From the NCBI GenBank assembly GCA_902521075.1, contig CABYQM010000004.1, forward strand, positions 54,443 through 118,442: a stretch of 64,000 nt of DNA, read 5' to 3'. Every line of letters begins with the position of its first letter. Position 1 is the first letter of the stretch. Below are positions 20,826 through 34,929 of this stretch, in pieces. The notes beneath the pieces were generated by a model. The model saw only the letters and a list, made by a program, of their open reading frames with translations, did not search any database and was not told the origin of the DNA. This DNA comes from an uncultured Pelagibacteraceae bacterium (lineage in GTDB: Bacteria > Pseudomonadota > Alphaproteobacteria > Pelagibacterales > Pelagibacteraceae). Made by a program: the position numbers and the translations under genes.

Positions 20826-21935
20826 ATGAAAAACTTTTCTATTGCAAAATCAAGAAGACTTAGAGGTACGCCTTATACATCAAGAATTGAAAAACAAGGT
20901 GTTACAGCTTACACAATATACAATCATATGTTGCTTCCTGCTGCATTTGGTTCTTTAGAAGACTCATATCATCATTTAAAAGAGCATGTTCAAGTTTGGG
21001 ATGTGGCTGCTGAAAGACAAGTAGAGATTACTGGAAAAGATGCTGCAAAATTGGTTCAACTTATGACTTGTAGAGATCTTTCAAAATCAAAAGATGGAAG
21101 ATGTTATTATTGTCCAATCATAGATGATAATGCTGGATTAATTAATGATCCAGTTGTTCTAAGATTTAATGAGAATAAATGGTGGGTTTCTATTGCAGAT
21201 ACGGATGTAATCTTATTTGCAAAAGGATTGGCAATTGGAAATAAATTTGATGTAAATATTATCGAACCCGAAGTTGACATTATGGCTGTGCAAGGGCCTA
21301 AATCATTTAAATTAATGGAAAAAGTTTTTGGTGAAAAAATAACAAATTTAAAATTTTTTGGTTTTGATTATTTTGATTTTGCTGGAGCCAAACATTTAAT
21401 TGCTCAATCAGGATGGTCTAAACAAGGTGGATATGAAATATATGTAGAGAATAATGAGGCGGGTTTAAAACTATACGATCATTTATTTGAAATCGGAGAT
21501 GAGTTTAATATTAGAGCAGGATGTCCTAATTTAATTGAACGTATCGAAAGTGGATTACTTTCTCAAGGAAACGATATGGACAATGGAGACAACCCATACG
21601 AATGTGGCTTTGATAAATATATTAATATTGAAAGTGATGTTGAATTTCTAGGAAAAGAGAAATTGAAAAAAATAAAGTCTGAAGGAATTAAAAGAAAACT
21701 AATGGGCGTTAAAATTGATACTGATAAAATAAGCGTAACTGGTTCAATGAATTTAACAGATGAAAAAAATAATATAATCGGAGAACTAAGATCAGGTTGT
21801 TACAATCCAACTTTTAAACAGGTAATTGGTATAGCTATGATAAAAAAACCATATTTTGAAGCAAAGCAAACATTCAAAATTGATATAAATGGTAATAGTT
21901 TTAACGGAACAGTTTGCGATTTACCTTTCATTTAG
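20826..21935 (+). CDS. dmdA: DMSP demethylase DmdA (GcvT family)
   Basis: N-terminus [42 protein letters not shown] recognised as P. ubique-type DmdA; [10 protein letters not shown]; [12 protein letters not shown]. Confidence 0.95.
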   Translation: MKNFSIAKSRRLRGTPYTSRIEKQGVTAYTIYNHMLLPAAFGSLEDSYHHLKEHVQVWDVAAERQVEITGKDAAKLVQLMTCRDLSKSKDGRCYYCPIIDDNAGLINDPVVLRFNENKWWVSIADTDVILFAKGLAIGNKFDVNIIEPEVDIMAVQGPKSFKLMEKVFGEKITNLKFFGFDYFDFAGAKHLIAQSGWSKQGGYEIYVENNEAGLKLYDHLFEIGDEFNIRAGCPNLIERIESGLLSQGNDMDNGDNPYECGFDKYINIESDVEFLGKEKLKKIKSEGIKRKLMGVKIDTDKISVTGSMNLTDEKNNIIGELRSGCYNPTFKQVIGIAMIKKPYFEAKQTFKIDINGNSFNGTVCDLPFI

Positions 21936-21949
21936 TATAAATCTTTAAA

Positions 21950-22960
21950 ATGACTAATATAGCTATCATCGGTGCAACCGGTAATGTTGGAAGAAAGACA
22001 CTAGAAGTTATAGAAAAAAAGGATATTAAATTTAATAACCTTTTTTTAGTAGCTTCTTCTAATAGTGCTGGAAAAAAAATAAGTTTTAAGGGCAAAGATT
22101 ATGAAGTCCATGATCTTGAAAAATACGATTTTTCAAATGCAAATATAACTTTTTTTGCAGCAGGTGGTAAAATTGCAGAACAATATGCAGAAAGTGCAGC
22201 AAAATTAACAACTGTAATTGATAATTCTAGTTTTTTTAGAATGGATCCTGACGTTCCACTTATTGTACCTCAAGTGAACGCAGAAAAAATTAATGAAATG
22301 AAAAAAAATATTGTGGCAAATCCTAACTGCTCAACAGCTCAGTTAGTATTAGCTCTTAAACCATTACATGATTTATATAAAATAAAAAGAGTAATAGTTT
22401 CCACCTATCAATCTGTTTCTGGAGGCGGAAAAGCACCTATGGATGAATTGATTGAACAAACTAAATCTTATCTTGATGGAAATTCTGTTGAATCTAAAAA
22501 TTTTACTAAACAAATAGCTTTCAATATCATTCCTCACATTGATGTTTTTTCGGATGATGGATACACAAAAGAAGAATTGAAAATGACTAATGAAACAAAA
22601 AAAATACTGGACAAAAATATAGAGCTAACAGCTACATGCGTCAGAATTCCTGTTCTTGTATCACATTCAGAGTCAGTAAATATAGAGTTTGAAAATCCTT
22701 ATTCTCTAGAACAAATCAGAGAAGCGTTAAATAATGCTGATGGTTGTAGAGTTATAGATAAAAGAGAAAATGGAGGATATAGTACACCAATAGAAGCAAC
22801 TGGTAGTGATGAAACATTTATCTCAAGAATTAGAGATGATAAAACTAAAGAGAACTCAATTAATTTGTGGATCGTTTCAGATAACCTATTAAGAGGCGCC
22901 GCATTAAATTCTGTTGAAATTGCAGAAACAATAATGAAAGCAAATCAAAATGGAAAATAA
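21950..22960 (+). CDS. asd: Aspartate-semialdehyde dehydrogenase
   Basis: GATGNVG, IDNSSFFRM, ANPNCST, STYQSVSG, DNLLRGAALN. Confidence 0.97.
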   Translation: MTNIAIIGATGNVGRKTLEVIEKKDIKFNNLFLVASSNSAGKKISFKGKDYEVHDLEKYDFSNANITFFAAGGKIAEQYAESAAKLTTVIDNSSFFRMDPDVPLIVPQVNAEKINEMKKNIVANPNCSTAQLVLALKPLHDLYKIKRVIVSTYQSVSGGGKAPMDELIEQTKSYLDGNSVESKNFTKQIAFNIIPHIDVFSDDGYTKEELKMTNETKKILDKNIELTATCVRIPVLVSHSESVNIEFENPYSLEQIREALNNADGCRVIDKRENGGYSTPIEATGSDETFISRIRDDKTKENSINLWIVSDNLLRGAALNSVEIAETIMKANQNGK

Positions 22961-23330
22961 TCCTTTATCTCCTCATATTCAAATTTATAGATGGCATGTT
23001 TCATCTTTAGTTTCAATATCTCATAGAATTACAGGAATAATAAATATATTAGCAATAACTTTAATTTGTATCTTTTTTATTTTTTTTTCATTTAGCGAAG
23101 GAAGTCATGAATTTATAAAATTATTCCTCCAATCTATTATTGGGAAATTTTTCATCTTGGGTATTACATGGTCTTTTAGTTTCCAAATCTTAAGTGAGAT
23201 AAGACATCTAATCATGGATTTTGGTTATGGATTTGAATTAAAAACCACAAAAATTACAGGGTTAATTGTCATATTTGGATCTTTTATATTAACCGTTTCA
23301 ATTTATTTAATAGGACGAAATTTATTGTAA
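22950..23330 (+). CDS. sdhC: Succinate dehydrogenase membrane anchor SdhC
   Basis: PLSPHIQIY, SISHRITG, IRHLIMD; operon position. Confidence 0.93.
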   Translation: MENNPLSPHIQIYRWHVSSLVSISHRITGIINILAITLICIFFIFFSFSEGSHEFIKLFLQSIIGKFFILGITWSFSFQILSEIRHLIMDFGYGFELKTTKITGLIVIFGSFILTVSIYLIGRNLL

Positions 23331-23659
23331 TGAGAGCAGTAACAAAAAAATGGGTATTTTTAAAGGTGAGTTCTCTCATATTAGTACCTTTGATGTTATG
23401 GTTTGCTTTAAATTTGGTTAGTATTTATGATAAAAGTTACTTAGAGATATTAACTTTTCTAACTTCTCAACCTTCAAAGTTTATATTTAGTCTATTTCTT
23501 ATTTTTGCGTACTTTTTCTCAGCATTAAGCATAAGTGAGGTTTTTGAAGACTATATTAAAGACGAAAAAATCAAAAATGCCGCAAACAAAGCTTTAAATT
23601 TTTTTGCTATAACAATTCCTTTAATTACAATATTTGCGGTATTTAAACTAACTATATGA
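23330..23659 (+). CDS. sdhD: Succinate dehydrogenase membrane anchor SdhD
   Basis: Three hydrophobic segments and V.EDY motif; between sdhC and sdhA. Confidence 0.88.
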   Translation: MRAVTKKWVFLKVSSLILVPLMLWFALNLVSIYDKSYLEILTFLTSQPSKFIFSLFLIFAYFFSALSISEVFEDYIKDEKIKNAANKALNFFAITIPLITIFAVFKLTI

Positions 23660-25431
23660 AATCTTATAATATTATAGATCATGAATACGATGTCGTTGTC
23701 CTTGGTGCTGGAGGTTCTGGCCTAAGAGCTGCGGTTGGTTTAAGTGAAGCTGGATTAAAAACTGCATGCATTTCTAAAGTCTTTCCAACCAGAAGTCATA
23801 CATCAGCTGCCCAAGGTGGAATTTCAGCAGCCCTTGGAAACATGGGAGAAGACGATTGGCGGTGGCATATGTACGATACTGTAAAAGGAGCAGATTGGTT
23901 AGGCGATCAAGATAGTATTGAATATTTGTGTAAGGAAGCTCCAAAAGCAGTTTTAGAATTAGAAAAGTATGGTGTTCCTTTTAGTAGAACAGAAGATGGA
24001 AAAATTTATCAAAGACCATTTGGAGGAATGACAAAAAATTATGGAAATGGAATTGTACAAAGAACTTGTGCTGCAGCAGACAGAACTGGTCATGCAATTC
24101 TCCATACATTGTATGGTCAAGCACTTAAACATAATACAGAATTTTTTATTGAATATTTTGCATTAGACTTAATTATGAAAGATGGACAATGCAAAGGTTT
24201 AATTGCCTGGAATTTAAATGATGGAACGATTCATCGTTTTAGATCTCACATAACAATTATAGCCACAGGAGGATATGGGAAGGTGTATTACTCAGCAACA
24301 TCTGCACATACTTGTACTGGTGATGGTAATGCAATGGTATTAAGAGCTGGATTACCTCTTCAAGATATGGAGTTTGTACAATTTCACCCTACAGGAATAT
24401 ATGGACACGGAACACTTATTTCTGAAGGTGTAAGAGGTGAAGGTGGATATTTGGTAAACTCTAAAGGTGAAAGATTTATGGAGAGATATGCTCCCAACGC
24501 AAAAGATCTTGCATCAAGAGATGTAGTTAGCAGATCAATGTCTATTGAAATCAATGAGGGAAGAGGTGTTGGTAAAGATCAAGACCATGTTCATTTATAT
24601 TTAAGTCATTTGGATAAAAAAGTTATTGAAGATAGATTGCCAGGCATTACTGAGGCAGCAAGATTATTTGCAAATGTAGATGTAACCAAAGAACCGATAC
24701 CAGTTGTTCCAACAGTTCATTATAATATGGGTGGTATACCAACAAATTATAAAGCTGAAGTTTTAACAGTAAACGGATCTCAAAAAACAGTCCCAGGTTT
24801 GATGGCGATTGGTGAGGCCGCGTGCGTATCTGTGCATGGAGCAAATAGACTAGGTTCAAATTCACTTATTGACTTGGTTGTTTTTGGAAGAGCAGCAGCA
24901 AAGAGAGCAGCAGAATTGGTAAAACCTGGAACGCCTCACGAAGAAGTTAGTGAAAGCGAAACTGAAAAATGTCTAAATAGATTTGATAAACTAAGGCATG
25001 CAGAGGGAGATAATGGAACTGCTGAACTTAGACTGGCGATGCAAAAAACAATGCAGTCTAAATGTGCTGTATTTAGAACTGAAAAGAATCTTAAAGAGGG
25101 TGTAGACGAGATCAGAAAAACATATGACGGCATGGAATCGATTTCTGTTAAAGATAAATCGTTGGTATTCAATACTGATTTAGTTGAGACTTTAGAATTT
25201 GATAATTTAATTAGACAAGCAATAACAACCGTAGATTCTGCATATCACAGAAAAGAAAGCAGAGGAGCTCATGCTCGTGAAGATTATCCGAAAAGAAATG
25301 ATGAAAAATTTATGAAACATACATTATCTTGGTGTGATGGAAAAAATACTAAAATTGAATACAGAGATGTACATACTTCAACATTAACAAATGAAGTCCA
25401 ATATTTTCCTCCACAAGAAAGAGTGTATTAA
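23656..25431 (+). CDS. sdhA: Succinate dehydrogenase flavoprotein
   Basis: [33 protein letters not shown]. Confidence 0.98.
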   Translation: MKSYNIIDHEYDVVVLGAGGSGLRAAVGLSEAGLKTACISKVFPTRSHTSAAQGGISAALGNMGEDDWRWHMYDTVKGADWLGDQDSIEYLCKEAPKAVLELEKYGVPFSRTEDGKIYQRPFGGMTKNYGNGIVQRTCAAADRTGHAILHTLYGQALKHNTEFFIEYFALDLIMKDGQCKGLIAWNLNDGTIHRFRSHITIIATGGYGKVYYSATSAHTCTGDGNAMVLRAGLPLQDMEFVQFHPTGIYGHGTLISEGVRGEGGYLVNSKGERFMERYAPNAKDLASRDVVSRSMSIEINEGRGVGKDQDHVHLYLSHLDKKVIEDRLPGITEAARLFANVDVTKEPIPVVPTVHYNMGGIPTNYKAEVLTVNGSQKTVPGLMAIGEAACVSVHGANRLGSNSLIDLVVFGRAAAKRAAELVKPGTPHEEVSESETEKCLNRFDKLRHAEGDNGTAELRLAMQKTMQSKCAVFRTEKNLKEGVDEIRKTYDGMESISVKDKSLVFNTDLVETLEFDNLIRQAITTVDSAYHRKESRGAHAREDYPKRNDEKFMKHTLSWCDGKNTKIEYRDVHTSTLTNEVQYFPPQERVY

Positions 25432-26204
25432 TGGTTCAATTAAATTTACCACAAAACTCAAAAGTTAATAAAGGTAAATATTTTAAAGACAAAACCGGTT
25501 CAAAGAATATCAGAAAAGTAAATGTTTATAGATGGGATCCATCCACTGGAGAGAACCCAAGAATAGACACATATGAAGTAGATATGGATAATTGCCCATC
25601 TAAAGTTTTAGACATACTAAATAAAATTAAAAACGAAATTGATCCAACACTTGCATATAGAAGATCTTGTGCGCATGGAGTTTGTGGTTCTTGTGCAATG
25701 AATATGGGTGGAAAAAATGGTCTTGCATGTACTAAGCCACATGCAGAAATCAAGGGAGATATAGATATATACCCTTTGCCTCACTTAAAAGTAAAAAAAG
25801 ATTTAATAGGAGACTTAAGTGGATTATATAAACAATACCAATCCATTGAACCTTGGTTAAAAAATAATTCAAAAAGTGAAACAACAGAAATTCATCAATC
25901 TCCAGAAGATAGAGCTAAACTTGATGGAGCTTATGAATGTATAATGTGTGCTTGTTGTTCTACTTCATGTCCTAGTTATTGGTGGAATGGCGATAAGTAT
26001 TTAGGTCCTGCAGTTTTATTACAAGCTTATAGATGGATAATGGATAGCAGAGACGAAGATAGAAAGGAAAGACTTCAAAAGGTTGCAGATGAACTTAAGC
26101 TTTATAGATGCCATACGATTTTGAACTGCACTAACGCATGTCCAAAAGGATTAAATCCAGCAAAAGCCATTGCTGAGATAAAGAAAATGCTTGCAACCAC
26201 ATAA
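25431..26204 (+). CDS. sdhB: Succinate dehydrogenase iron-sulfur subunit
   Basis: [36 protein letters not shown]. Confidence 0.98.
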   Translation: MVQLNLPQNSKVNKGKYFKDKTGSKNIRKVNVYRWDPSTGENPRIDTYEVDMDNCPSKVLDILNKIKNEIDPTLAYRRSCAHGVCGSCAMNMGGKNGLACTKPHAEIKGDIDIYPLPHLKVKKDLIGDLSGLYKQYQSIEPWLKNNSKSETTEIHQSPEDRAKLDGAYECIMCACCSTSCPSYWWNGDKYLGPAVLLQAYRWIMDSRDEDRKERLQKVADELKLYRCHTILNCTNACPKGLNPAKAIAEIKKMLATT

Positions 26205-26224
26205 TTACTTATTTAAATACATCC

Positions 26225-28685
<2,461 letters not shown>

Positions 28686-28688
28686 TTA

Positions 28689-29849
28689 ATGAATATTCAC
28701 GAACACCAAGCAAAGAATATACTTAGAAAATATGGAGCTAAAGTTCCGGATGGAGTTTATGCTCTAGATGTAAATGAATTATTGGAAAAAGCTAAAAATC
28801 TTAAAACTGATAAATATGTGTTGAAAGCACAAATTCATGCTGGAGGCAGAGGTAAAGCTGGTGGAGTTAAAATAGTAAATGATTTAAAAAGTCTTGAAAC
28901 AGAGGCAAAATCTTTGCTTGGAAAAAAATTAATCACTCATCAGACAGGACCTAGTGGAAGAATTGTTAAAAGATTATATGTCGAAGTTTCATCTAACATT
29001 GATAAAGAATTTTATTTGTCTTGTGTAGTAGATCGTGCAAGCTCAAAGATAGCTTTTATCTCAAGTGATCAAGGGGGTATGGATATAGAGGAAGTCGCAA
29101 TCAAATCTCCTGAGAAAATTTTAACAACAAAAGTAGATTTAGATAACGAAATATCTGATGAAAATTGTAATAAAATAATAAGTATTTTTAATCTAGATGA
29201 AGAAACAAAAGAACAAGGAATTAGTCTAATAAAGTCCATATACAAATTATTTATAGAAACGGATGCTAATCTAATTGAAATTAATCCTTTAATTTTAACA
29301 AAAGAAAAAGAGTTGATTTGTTTAGATGCAAAAATGAATTTTGATGGAAATGCTTTATTCAGACATCCAGAGCTAATTGAGTTGAGAGACCTCAATGAAG
29401 AAGAAGAAACAGAGATAGAAGCTAGCAAGCATGATTTAGCATATATTAAACTTGATGGAACAATTGGATGCATGGTTAATGGAGCTGGGCTCGCAATGGC
29501 AACTATGGACATAATTAAATTATATGGAAAGGAACCAGCAAATTTTTTAGATGTTGGTGGTGGAGCTTCTAAAGAAAAAGTGGCAGCTGCTTTTAAAATA
29601 ATCTTATCAGATAAAAATGTTAAAGGAATATTGATTAATATTTTTGGCGGAATAATGAGGTGTGATGTTCTTGCCCAAGGTGTTGTAGACGCAGCAAAAG
29701 AAATAAAAATGAATGTTCCTTTAGTTGTAAGATTGGCCGGAACAAATTTTGAAGAGGGAAAAAAAATACTTGATAATTCAGGTCTTGAGTTAATTTCTGC
29801 TTCTGATTTATCAGATGCTGCTAAAAAAATTGTAGAGGCTATTAAATAA
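28689..29849 (+). CDS. sucC: Succinyl-CoA synthetase beta subunit
   Basis: [42 protein letters not shown]. Confidence 0.98.
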   Translation: MNIHEHQAKNILRKYGAKVPDGVYALDVNELLEKAKNLKTDKYVLKAQIHAGGRGKAGGVKIVNDLKSLETEAKSLLGKKLITHQTGPSGRIVKRLYVEVSSNIDKEFYLSCVVDRASSKIAFISSDQGGMDIEEVAIKSPEKILTTKVDLDNEISDENCNKIISIFNLDEETKEQGISLIKSIYKLFIETDANLIEINPLILTKEKELICLDAKMNFDGNALFRHPELIELRDLNEEEETEIEASKHDLAYIKLDGTIGCMVNGAGLAMATMDIIKLYGKEPANFLDVGGGASKEKVAAAFKIILSDKNVKGILINIFGGIMRCDVLAQGVVDAAKEIKMNVPLVVRLAGTNFEEGKKILDNSGLELISASDLSDAAKKIVEAIK

Positions 29850-30725
29850 ATGTCTGTTTTAGTTAATAAAAATACAAAGTTAATTTGCCAAGGTTTTACG
29901 GGTAGTCACGGAACTTTTCATTCAGAGCAAGCAATTAAATATGGAACAAATTTAGTCGGAGGAGTTACACCAAAAAAAGGTGGTCAAACTCACCTAGATA
30001 GACCAGTATTTAATACAGTAAAGGAAGCAGTCGATGAAACTGGTGCCAACGCAACTATGATTTATGTTCCTGCGAAATTTGCATCCACAGCAATCATAGA
30101 GGCCATTGAAGCTAACTTAGAATTAATCGTTTGTATCACTGAGGGTATACCAGTTCTTGATATGATTAAGGTCAAAAAAAAGTTACTTAATTCAAAATCA
30201 AGATTAATCGGTCCCAATTGTCCAGGGATAATTACGCCTGATGAATGCAAAATCGGAATAATGCCAGGAAATATACATAAAAAGGGTTCTGTTGGTATTG
30301 TATCAAGATCTGGAACTTTGACCTATGAGGCTGTCGCACAAACTACAGAGAATGATTTGGGACAATCAACATGTATAGGTATAGGTGGTGATCCAATAAA
30401 TGGTACGAACTTCATTGATTGTTTAGATTTATTTTTAAAGGATGAGGAAACTAAATCAATTTTAATGATTGGTGAAATAGGAGGATCAGCTGAAGAAGAA
30501 GCAGCTGAATTTGTAAAAAATCATGAAATAAAAAAACCCATGGTTGGTTTTATTGCAGGTGTTACAGCACCACCGGGTAGAAGAATGGGACATGCAGGCG
30601 CTATAATATCAGGTGGCAAAGGCGGGGCCAAAGATAAGATCAAAAAAATGGAAGATTGTGGTATAGAAGTCGCCACATCCCCTTCAGAAATTGGAAAAAC
30701 ATTGTTAAATAAATTGTCCAATTGA
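29850..30725 (+). CDS. sucD: Succinyl-CoA synthetase alpha subunit
   Basis: [27 protein letters not shown]. Confidence 0.98.
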   Translation: MSVLVNKNTKLICQGFTGSHGTFHSEQAIKYGTNLVGGVTPKKGGQTHLDRPVFNTVKEAVDETGANATMIYVPAKFASTAIIEAIEANLELIVCITEGIPVLDMIKVKKKLLNSKSRLIGPNCPGIITPDECKIGIMPGNIHKKGSVGIVSRSGTLTYEAVAQTTENDLGQSTCIGIGGDPINGTNFIDCLDLFLKDEETKSILMIGEIGGSAEEEAAEFVKNHEIKKPMVGFIAGVTAPPGRRMGHAGAIISGGKGGAKDKIKKMEDCGIEVATSPSEIGKTLLNKLSN

Positions 30726-30755
30726 AAACAAAATTTAGTATTATATTAAAATAAA

Positions 30756-33653
30756 ATGAGCTCTCCTAAAAATCTGGAATATAAAAAAACATCATTTCTA
30801 AATAAGGCCAATAGTGCATTTATTGAGGAAATGTATGTAAAATTTATAAATAAAGATCCATCTCTATCTGAAAGTTGGATTGAATATTTCTCAGGTGTAG
30901 ATGAGGATATGAAGATATTAGTCGATGAGATAAATGGACCGTCGTGGAAACCTTTCTCAAAAAAAATTAATATAGAAGATGTTGAGAAAACAGCTAAAGA
31001 AAATGAAAAAAACAAAGATAATTCTAGCAAGTTTAATTTTCAAGTAATTGCAAATTCAAATAAAAATTCAATAAGTGCCGTAGCCTTGATAAGAGCTTAT
31101 CGGCTAAGGGGACATCTATTATCAAAATTAGATCCTTTAGAATTGATGAAGTCAGAATATTTAGACGAATTACATCCTGAGTACTATGGTTTTAAAAAAG
31201 AAGATTATGACAAAGAAATTTTTCTAAACGGAATAATAAATAAAAAAAGTGCAAATATTAGAGAAATACTGAAGTTTTTAAAAAAAACTTATTGTGGTCC
31301 CATAGGTTATGAATATATGCATATTTCAAATCCAACTGAGAGAATGTGGTTTAGAGATAGGGTTGAAAAAGACGAAAATGCACTCAAGTTTACAAAAAAT
31401 GGAAAGCAAGCGATTTTAAATAAATTAATACAAGCAGAGGGCTTTGAAAAATTTTTAAATACAAAATATGTTGGTACTAAAAGATTTGGTTTGGATGGCG
31501 GAGAAAGTCTAATACCTGCTCTTGAGCAAATTATAAAAATTGGAGGACAATCCAAAATAAAAGAAGTTAAAATAGGAATGTCACATAGAGGAAGACTAAA
31601 TGTCTTAGCAAACGTTTTACAAAAGTCTTATAAAAGAATTTTTAATGAATTTGCTGGTGAAATGGATGGTTCAGAAGATGGTGCTGGAGATGTCAAATAC
31701 CATTTAGGAGCCTCATCTGATAGAGAATTTGATGGAAATCCTGTACACGTTAGTTTAACAGATAATCCTTCACATTTAGAGGCAGTTAATCCTGTTGTTC
31801 TTGGCCAAACTAGAGCTAAACAATTTTTTCACCAAGACAAACAAAGAAATAAAGTTATACCAATATTAATTCACGGCGATGCTGCATTTGCAGGACAAGG
31901 AATAGTAGCAGAGTGTTTTGCGATGTCCGGACTTCCTGGTCATAACACTGGAGGGACAATCCATATTATTGTTAACAACCAAATTGGATTTACAACAAGT
32001 CCTAGATTTGCGCGATCTTCCCCTTATCCTTCTGACGTAGGTAAAATGGTTGATGCACCAATCATCCATGTTAATGGAGATGATCCTGAGGCAGTTGTTT
32101 ACGCAACTAGAATAGCAACTGAGTTTAGATTAAAATTTAATAGAGATGTTGTAATTGATTTAATATGTTACAGAAGATTTGGACATAATGAGGGAGATGA
32201 GCCATCTTTCACCCAACCACTTATGTACAAAAAAATTAGATCTCATCCATCTACAATTAAAATTTATGGTGAAAAGCTCGTAAATGAAGGACTTTTTACG
32301 AAACAAGATTTAGATCAACAAATTATTGATTTTAAAAATTTATTAGATGATCAATTTAAAAATGCGAAAAATTATAAACCTAAAATTAGGTGGTTTGAGG
32401 GAACTTGGTCGAGATATAAACCCGAAAGAGGTAAAGATAAAAGAGGTGTAACTGGATCAGATTTGAAAATTTTAAATAATATTTCTGACAGAATACATGT
32501 TTTTCCAACTGATAAAAATATTCACAAAACCATAACAAAAATTATGGAAAATAGAAAAAAAACTATTAATGAAGGCTCAGGAATTGATTGGGCAACAGCT
32601 GAGTCTTTAGCATTTGGTTCATTATTAGTTGAAGGTTATCCAGTAAGGTTAGTAGGTCAGGACTCAGGTAGAGGTACCTTTAGTCAAAGACACTCAGTTT
32701 TAAGAAATCAAATTGATAATTCAAGGTACATACCTTTAAACAATATATCTAGTAACCAAAAAAATTTTGAAATTGTAGATAGTTTTTTATCTGAACTTGC
32801 AGTTTTAGGATTTGAATATGGATACAGTTTAGTAGAACCGAATACATTGACAATTTGGGAAGCTCAATTTGGAGATTTTGCAAATGGTGCACAAGTAATT
32901 ATTGATCAATTTATATCATCTGGTGAAAGAAAGTGGAAAAGAGCATCAGGACTGGTTATGTTATTACCCCATGGTTATGAAGGACAAGGTCCAGAGCACT
33001 CTTCTGCGAGATTAGAGAGATTTTTACAATTATGTGCAAATGATAATTTACAAGTTATGAATTGTACTACACCTGCAAATTATTTTCATGCTTTAAGAAG
33101 ACAGATGCACCGTGATTTTAGAAAACCTTTAATTATAATGACACCTAAGTCACTTTTAAGAAATAAATATTGTGTATCAAATTTAGAAGATTTTAGTAAA
33201 AAAAATTCTTTTCATAGAGTGCTATGGGATCATGCTAGAGATACTAAGCAAAAAGGTTTTATTAAGTTAAAAGAAGATAAAAAAATTAGAAAAGTAATAT
33301 TATGCTCTGGAAAAATTTATTTTGATCTTCTCGCAGCAAGAGAGAAACTAAAAATCAATGATGTGATTTTGTATAGAATTGAACAACTATATCCTTTCCC
33401 TGCAAAAAGTTTGGTTAAAGAGCTAAAACCATTTGCAAAAAATTCAAAATTTTATTGGTGCCAAGAGGAGCCCAAAAATATGGGTGCTTGGTTTGCTGTT
33501 AGAGATTATATACAATGGACATTAGAGACTATTAAGGCTAAAAACAATGCAATTTCTTACATTGGAAGAAGTCCAGATGCTACACCTGCTACAGGTTATG
33601 CAAGAAGACATAATTCTGAACAACAAGAAATTATAAATAAAGTATTTGAATAA
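30756..33653 (+). CDS. sucA: 2-oxoglutarate dehydrogenase E1
   Basis: KRFGLDGGE, HRGRLN, GDVKYHLG, HGDAAFAGQG, WEAQFGDF. Confidence 0.98.
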   Translation: MSSPKNLEYKKTSFLNKANSAFIEEMYVKFINKDPSLSESWIEYFSGVDEDMKILVDEINGPSWKPFSKKINIEDVEKTAKENEKNKDNSSKFNFQVIANSNKNSISAVALIRAYRLRGHLLSKLDPLELMKSEYLDELHPEYYGFKKEDYDKEIFLNGIINKKSANIREILKFLKKTYCGPIGYEYMHISNPTERMWFRDRVEKDENALKFTKNGKQAILNKLIQAEGFEKFLNTKYVGTKRFGLDGGESLIPALEQIIKIGGQSKIKEVKIGMSHRGRLNVLANVLQKSYKRIFNEFAGEMDGSEDGAGDVKYHLGASSDREFDGNPVHVSLTDNPSHLEAVNPVVLGQTRAKQFFHQDKQRNKVIPILIHGDAAFAGQGIVAECFAMSGLPGHNTGGTIHIIVNNQIGFTTSPRFARSSPYPSDVGKMVDAPIIHVNGDDPEAVVYATRIATEFRLKFNRDVVIDLICYRRFGHNEGDEPSFTQPLMYKKIRSHPSTIKIYGEKLVNEGLFTKQDLDQQIIDFKNLLDDQFKNAKNYKPKIRWFEGTWSRYKPERGKDKRGVTGSDLKILNNISDRIHVFPTDKNIHKTITKIMENRKKTINEGSGIDWATAESLAFGSLLVEGYPVRLVGQDSGRGTFSQRHSVLRNQIDNSRYIPLNNISSNQKNFEIVDSFLSELAVLGFEYGYSLVEPNTLTIWEAQFGDFANGAQVIIDQFISSGERKWKRASGLVMLLPHGYEGQGPEHSSARLERFLQLCANDNLQVMNCTTPANYFHALRRQMHRDFRKPLIIMTPKSLLRNKYCVSNLEDFSKKNSFHRVLWDHARDTKQKGFIKLKEDKKIRKVILCSGKIYFDLLAAREKLKINDVILYRIEQLYPFPAKSLVKELKPFAKNSKFYWCQEEPKNMGAWFAVRDYIQWTLETIKAKNNAISYIGRSPDATPATGYARRHNSEQQEIINKVFE

Positions 33654-34928
33654 ATGAGTGAAAAAATATTAGTTCCAGTTTTGGGAGAAAGTATTACAGA
33701 GGCTACGGTCACGAAATGGTTAAAGAAAAAGGGTGATAACGTAGTTGCTGATGAAGCTGTAGTAGAATTAGAAACTGACAAAGTAAACTTAGAAGTTCCT
33801 GCACCTGCGAGTGGTGTTATATCAGAGATCAACTCAAAAGATGGTGATACAGTCGAAGTTGGAACTGTATTAGGAATGATTTCAGAAGGTGGTGCTCTTA
33901 AAGAAGAAAAGGAAGCTGAGCCGGTTAAAGGAAACGTTGAAAAAAATAATGTAATAAATTTAGAAATCGAAAAGAAAAAAGATACAAAAAAAACTCAAGA
34001 ACCTTTATTGCTTGACGAAGAACCATTGGTATTAACTGATGAAGTTAAAGAAACCAAGCCTATTAAACAAAATAAAACACTTTCTCCTGCTGTAAGAAAA
34101 ATGGTTGTTGAAAATAAAATTAATTTAGATGAAGTAAAAGGGACAGGTAAAGATGGTAGAATTTTAAAAGGTGATTTAATAAGTTTAATGGGAGCTAACC
34201 CTCAACCTAACGAAAGAAAAATTCAATACGGCGAAGAAGAACGAATTAAAATGTCAAGACTAAGACAAACGATTGCTAAACGTTTAAAAGAGGCTCAAAA
34301 TAATGCAGCTATGCTTACAACGTTTAATGAGGTTGATATGTCAAATATAATTTCAATGAGAAAAGATAACCAGGAAGATTTCCAAAATAGTTATGGAATT
34401 AAACTTGGCTTCATGTCCTTTTTTGTGAAAGCTTGTATAGTAGGATTAAAATTATTTCCTGCAATAAATGCTGAAGTTGAAAATGATGAAATGGTTTACA
34501 AAAATTATTATAATGTGAGCTTTGCAGTAGGAACTGAAAAAGGATTAGTAGTTCCAGTATTAAAAAATGCAGATGAAATGTCTTTTGCTGACATTGAAAA
34601 AAACATAAAAGATCTGTCAGACAAAGCAAAAAATGGCAGTCTTACCATAGAGGATCTTCAAGGGGGAACGTTTACAATTAGCAACGGAGGTGTTTATGGA
34701 TCAATGTTATCTACTCCTATTTTAAACCCTCCACAATCAGCAGTTCTTGGAATGCATAATATTGTTGAAAGACCTGTTGTTGTCGATGGTGAGATAAAAG
34801 CTAGACCTGTAATGTTTTTAGCATTGTCTTATGATCATAGAATAATTGATGGAAAAGAATCTGTGAGTTTTTTAAAAACTGTTAAAGAAAACTTAGAAGA
34901 TCCAAGAAGGTTATTTTTAAATTTATAA
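33654..34928 (+). CDS. sucB: Dihydrolipoamide succinyltransferase E2
   Basis: Lipoyl [21 protein letters not shown]. Confidence 0.97.
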   Translation: MSEKILVPVLGESITEATVTKWLKKKGDNVVADEAVVELETDKVNLEVPAPASGVISEINSKDGDTVEVGTVLGMISEGGALKEEKEAEPVKGNVEKNNVINLEIEKKKDTKKTQEPLLLDEEPLVLTDEVKETKPIKQNKTLSPAVRKMVVENKINLDEVKGTGKDGRILKGDLISLMGANPQPNERKIQYGEEERIKMSRLRQTIAKRLKEAQNNAAMLTTFNEVDMSNIISMRKDNQEDFQNSYGIKLGFMSFFVKACIVGLKLFPAINAEVENDEMVYKNYYNVSFAVGTEKGLVVPVLKNADEMSFADIEKNIKDLSDKAKNGSLTIEDLQGGTFTISNGGVYGSMLSTPILNPPQSAVLGMHNIVERPVVVDGEIKARPVMFLALSYDHRIIDGKESVSFLKTVKENLEDPRRLFLNL

Positions 34929-34929
34929 T

